Below are positions 44,306-48,910 of a stretch of DNA of 48,910 nt, piece by piece. The notes below the pieces were generated by a model that saw only the letters and a list, made by a program, of their open reading frames with translations, was not told the origin of the DNA and did no database searches. The stretch comes from a virus (lineage: Duplodnaviria > Heunggongvirae > Uroviricota > Caudoviricetes), in the IMG/VR virus record IMGVR_UViG_3300029904_000001, positions 128,001 through 176,910 of that record. One strand, 5' to 3'. Numbering within the stretch: the stretch's first letter is position 1; the number at the start of each line of letters is the position of its first letter. The position numbers were made by a program, and so were the translations under genes.

Positions 44306-44725
44306 ATGAATAATTATTTTACAATTAAAGAACTATGTTATAGCTATACTGCTGAACAAAAAGGTATAGATAATAGTCCATCTAAAGAGATAGAAGAACA
44401 TCTAAAGGAATTAATCTCATTTCTTAATCCAATTCGAGAAAAATGAGGATCAGGAATCCGAGTTAATTCTGGATATAGATGTCCTGAACTAAATAAAGCA
44501 GTAGGTGGAGTAGATACCTCAGCTCATATGCTTGGATATGCAGCCGATCTTTATCCAGTTAATGATAAGTTTGATGATTTTAAGACTTTTATTGTTAATT
44601 ATTTACAGGATAAAGAATTTGATCAGTGTATACTAGAAACAAGTGGTAACTCTGAGTGGATTCATTTAGGATTATATAATAATAGACATCAACAAAGAAA
44701 ACAGATATTTAAATTAACTAAATAA
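44306..44725 (+). CDS. Endolysin, peptidase M15 family (139 aa, code 4)
   Basis: YFTIKEL...PIREKWGSGIRVNSGYRCPELNKAVGG...SAHMLGYAAD...WIHL. TGA at 44444 precedes all Zn ligands. Confidence 0.9.
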
Positions 44726-44735
44726 TTTTAAAATT

Positions 44736-45290
44736 ATGATAGTAGATATAGAAAATAAAAGAATAGAATTTATATTAGATGGAAAATGAATTAAAATAGA
44801 TAATTTTGATAAGATTGCTCAACAAGTAAATGAACAAATACAAGATTGAGCATTTAAATTGGCAATGAGATATTGAACAGTTCTTACTAAAAAGAAAAAT
44901 ATATTTCCTAAATCAATAACTCCATATAAATTTTTATTTGATACAGATATTCTAACTATTTATATGGATTTACTTGTCGATTTTAGTGTTCAAGAATTTT
45001 TAAAAATAATCCTTGACATAGTTGAAAAAACTAGAGTAAAAATGTTAGAGAAAATAGGAATTCAACTCGCAAAAGGAGAAAACTGTTTTCAAGAATATAA
45101 TATAATATTAAAGCGTCAATTATATTCGGATATAAGACGTAAACGTTTCAACGATACTTTAACAAACAGTAATCCTAATTTACTAAATCTAGAAATAGAA
45201 GTAAATTATAATGATAATCGTGATGCAAAATTAGAATTTGAAGATAAACAACTGTTTGATACATTTGCCGACATTTGAAATTCCATATAA
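44736..45290 (+). CDS. Hypothetical protein (code 4)
   Basis: Includes track ORF 44964..45278. Open from ATG 44736 to TAA 45288-45290. Confidence 0.6.
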
Positions 45291-45859
45291 TGGCATATAC
45301 ACCAATCGATAATAAAACAATACTAAATAGTAGTTTATTTACATATATATCGTCAGGTGGTCCCGATTATTATTTAGCTGGAGAAACTAATGAACATGAA
45401 ATTCCATGAAAAATTATTAAAGAATGCTTTGATAAAATTCCAAATGGAGATAGATATACATTATTTTTAAATCAACTCTACACAAATTATTTTTTATTGG
45501 ATTTAAATATGATGTCTAAAAAGAAATCGTGTATAGTTAGTTTTTATACTACTAAAGAATTTTCTTTTAGTTTAACTCGTTATGGAAATCGTTCAAATAA
45601 AGATGTTAACGCAGATGTTTATTTATCTCCATCTGCATCCAAATGAGGTAAAGGAACAGTTCGTAATCTTGAACAATATTTTGAAGGATACTCAGACGAT
45701 AAAGTTTTATTTTTTCAATTTTATATTTACAAACCCACTACATATCAATATTATATTGACTTAGAAGTTATGGATCCCGATACAATTGAATACTTTTTAA
45801 CAGCAGAAAGTATAAATTTTACTGATAGATTAGATTATATATTATTAACAAATAAGTAA
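45290..45859 (+). CDS. Hypothetical protein (189 aa, code 4, missing from the ORF track)
   Basis: TAATG overlaps at both ends and two internal TGA codons. Confidence 0.7.
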
Positions 45860-48800
45860 TGGCTTTTTATAAATCAAAATTTACTGGTCAAGAAATCGAT
45901 GCGAGATTAACACAGGGTACTTATGACGATGCTGTAAAAGCTGGTTTTAAAGGTACAAAAGAAGAATTTTACGCACTACTTGGCCAATTACAAGAAACAA
46001 CTGATGCTGCTATTATTTCACAACCTGCAGAATCAGATAAATTAGAAACATTTAATAAAAATATCGTAGATGCAATTAATGAATTACATCAGGAATTGCA
46101 AGCAAAACCAGACGAACAAGATGTTATAGATCAAGGAGAATTAGAAGTGTTTAAAGATGAAATAGCTGCTAAATATGCAACAAAAGGAGAAATAGAAGGC
46201 GATATAAAAGATATTAATTCTAAAATTTCTACACTTAATAATAATCTCGTTGAATCTGTCAATACTATTAATAAAAATGTTAACGATAGTTTAACTATTG
46301 TTAATGAAGCTATTCAACAAAATGCAGAAACGTTAGTAGCAGAAATAAATCAAAGAAAAGAAGCAGATAAAGATCTTTCAAATGAATTTAAAGAAGGAGA
46401 TGCTAATCTTCAAAAAAATATTGAAACAGTAAATCAAAATTTAGTACAATCGATCAATCAAATTAATGAAAATGTCGCTAATGGTTTTAATACAATAAAC
46501 GGTGCCATTAATGATGAAATTAGACCAAACATTGAGAATAATAAAACGAATATTACTCAGCTTCAAGAAACAGTTGCGATACTCAATACTAATTTATACG
46601 AATCGATTGAAACCATAAATACTGCTTTTAATAATGCAATTAATACTATAAACGGAGGTATCGCTACTGAAATAGCAGATAGGCAAAATGCTGACACAGA
46701 ACTAGATGCTAAAATAACTCAAGAAATTTCAGATAGAACCGCTGCTATTGTTTCTCTTGATTCTACTTTAAGAAATGAAATAGCACAACGTAAAAATGCA
46801 GATGTCACATTGGATAGTATGATTCGTCAAGAAATATCTAATAGACAGACAGCAGACGATCAATTATCTGAACGCATTGAAACTCTGGAAAACGCAGGTT
46901 ATCAAAACGCAGAACAAGTAAAAGCAGAAATAGAAAAAGTTATTGATTTCGCACCAGAAGCATTAGACACACTTAAAGAAATTAGTGAAGCATTAAACAA
47001 TGATCCAAATTTTGCTACTACAATTACTGAAGAAGTATCTAAAAAATTAGATTCTGATAAATTAATTTCTGGAGCAGGTATTGATATTAGTGAAGAAGAT
47101 AATAAGAAAATTATAAACATTTCTAATGACGCTCTAACTAAAATTCAATATGCCGATAGTGAAGTGCGTAGACTTGAAAACGATAAAATTTCTTATGCGT
47201 ATGATGAAAAAACCCAATCTAATATTAACGTTATACTTCCAGAAGGTGGGTCATATTTAGGTAACTATGGCGATGAAAACGCAACTATAGCTAAAGCAGC
47301 AGTATACGATGGAACAAAGCAACTCGAAATAGGTTCTTCTAAAGTACATACTAATATTAATACTGATTCTAATGTTACAATTGAAACTTCTACGGGTAAG
47401 AAAACAATTGCTACTACTGATGAACTAGTTAATGTAGTTAATATTCCAATTCGGTCACTTCAGGATAAAATTTATACACAAGAAGAAATTCTTAATTGAT
47501 TCGGAGTAACTAATGTTCCTGAACTTAAACAAAAAATATCAAGTGGAAGTCAAATGTATTTACGTTATGGTATTTTATTATCTGGCAATCCAATGTATTA
47601 TAAAATGCCTATTGAATATACTGCATTTGAATCTGCTAATCAAATTAAACTAGTTCTTGTGGGATTAAATACTCGTGATGATGTTACTTCTAAATATGAA
47701 ATACTTATTAATTTAGATGAAACTATCATTGAAGGTAATTCAAATGTTAAACTAACATTACTGTCTCTTGAACCAGATCTATCTCAGTATGCTCTTAAAT
47801 CAGAGATTCCAGATATATCTAATTTTGCAACTAAATCAGAACTTAATACTAAACAAGACACTTTAGTTTCTGGAACAAATATTAGAACTTTAAATGGAGC
47901 ATCTTTACTTGGTGAAGGAAACATTCAGTTGAACGAAGGAACAACTAATTATACAGACTTAACTAATAAACCTTCTATTAATAATGTTACTTTATCTGGA
48001 AATCTTTCTTTTGAAGATCTTGGTTTAGATATTAATACAACATGGGATCAAATCCAAAATAAACCAGATTTTGCAACTGTAGCAACTAGTGGAGATTATA
48101 ATGATTTAACTAATAGTCCTGATTTAACAGTATATCAAACTATAGCTGATGATTCACTTACTACTAGTTCGAAAACTATTCCTGGAGCTATTAATGAGAT
48201 TAAGGCTTCTGTAGATTCTATATCTGACCCTTATGAAATCAATCTTACCAATCTTCTTTCTGCTGAGGATTCAGAATCAATCTCTACTGCAATAGGTGGT
48301 ATCGATAATCTAAATGCTACTGTACAGGATAATAGGCTTATTGTAGGAACAATATCTAATGGTAGTGTTTCAGTTTCTATCAGAATACTTGGTAATGTTA
48401 CTACTCTATACTATCTACTTGACTCAGTAGTTGGTCTTACGCTTAATGAGATAGCAATTACTAATACTTCTGGTACTCTATCTAAGAGTGTTACTACTCA
48501 TTCAGTTCTTACTGAAAATATGGTAATTAACTCTCTTAATTCTGATGAGACTACACTTCCTCTTTCTGCAGCCCAGGGTAAGGTTTTAGCTACTGATAAG
48601 CAGGACAAGCTGAAAGCAGGTACGGGCATAGAAATTACTCCCGAGAACACCATCAATGTCACCTTAGACACCACTGTGTTCAAGGTGGTGGCCTCACTTC
48701 CCGAGTCTCCTGCCGCAGGTGACGAGAACAAGATACACCTTGTGCCCGCTGAGTCCACTGAGGAGGGGAACATATACACCGAGTATGTGTTTGTCAACGG

Positions 48801-48909
48801 CAAATGGGAGGAGTTCGGCACTTACAGGTCAGAGGTTGACCTCACTCTCTATCTCAAAAAGACAGATGCCGAGTCTACCTATCAGAAGATTACTGACAAT
48901 ACCCTTGCT
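45859..48909 (+). CDS. Large mosaic tail fibre protein, partial (>1000 aa)
   Basis: Continues through TGA 47497 to the window end. Coiled-coil EIxxRxxAD repeats, APEALDTLKEISEALNNDPNFATT, KQDTLVSGTNI, VATSGDYNDL, LSAAQGKVL. Confidence 0.8.
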
Positions 48910-48910
48910 A

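Noticed and set aside
46902-48821. Minus-strand ORFs 46902..47120 and 48498..48821
   Set aside because: Antisense to the continuous plus-strand fibre ORF.
1-48910. Widespread pseudogenisation or a decayed prophage
   Set aside because: The breaks are same-frame TGA codons at Trp positions or clean introns, with no random frameshifts. The single exception is the TAG at 25195.
21020-48910. Diversity-generating retroelement or shufflon acting on the fibre genes
   Set aside because: Repeated modules differ at synonymous sites of all bases rather than only at adenines. No reverse transcriptase, recombinase or long exact inverted repeat was seen in the window.
1-48910. General TAG reassignment (code 15) or TGA as selenocysteine
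   Set aside because: TAG ends the MCP, portal, terL and other genes next to the following start or terminator. TGA aligns with Trp motifs, not Cys motifs.

Overview
AT-rich morphogenesis and lysis region of a crAss-like (Crassvirales) phage of Bacteroidota that uses genetic code 4 (TGA = Trp). The supplied code-11 ORF track therefore fragments or misses most genes. Reading TGA as Trp gives a gap-free minus-strand gene run from about 43150 to the window start: holin-like protein, PD-(D/E)XK nuclease, GroES-like protein, TerS candidate, TerL, portal, tail hub and fibre cluster, spanin-like pair, scaffold, major capsid protein (MCP), ring proteins, IHF-like proteins and muzzle/tail-stabilisation proteins. 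A divergent plus-strand run carries a holin-like protein, an HExxH protein, an M15 endolysin and a large fibre. Eight group I introns were mapped by hand: six in the MCP (four with homing endonucleases), one in portal and one in terL. Most notable: two introns appear to end in A rather than the canonical terminal G; a fibre gene has an in-frame amber codon; the fibre proteins show a repeated N-/C-terminal docking pattern; and two divergent Bacteroidota-type promoters overlap. No tRNA, release factor, CRISPR array or reverse transcriptase was seen. All family assignments come from motif recognition, not database searches.
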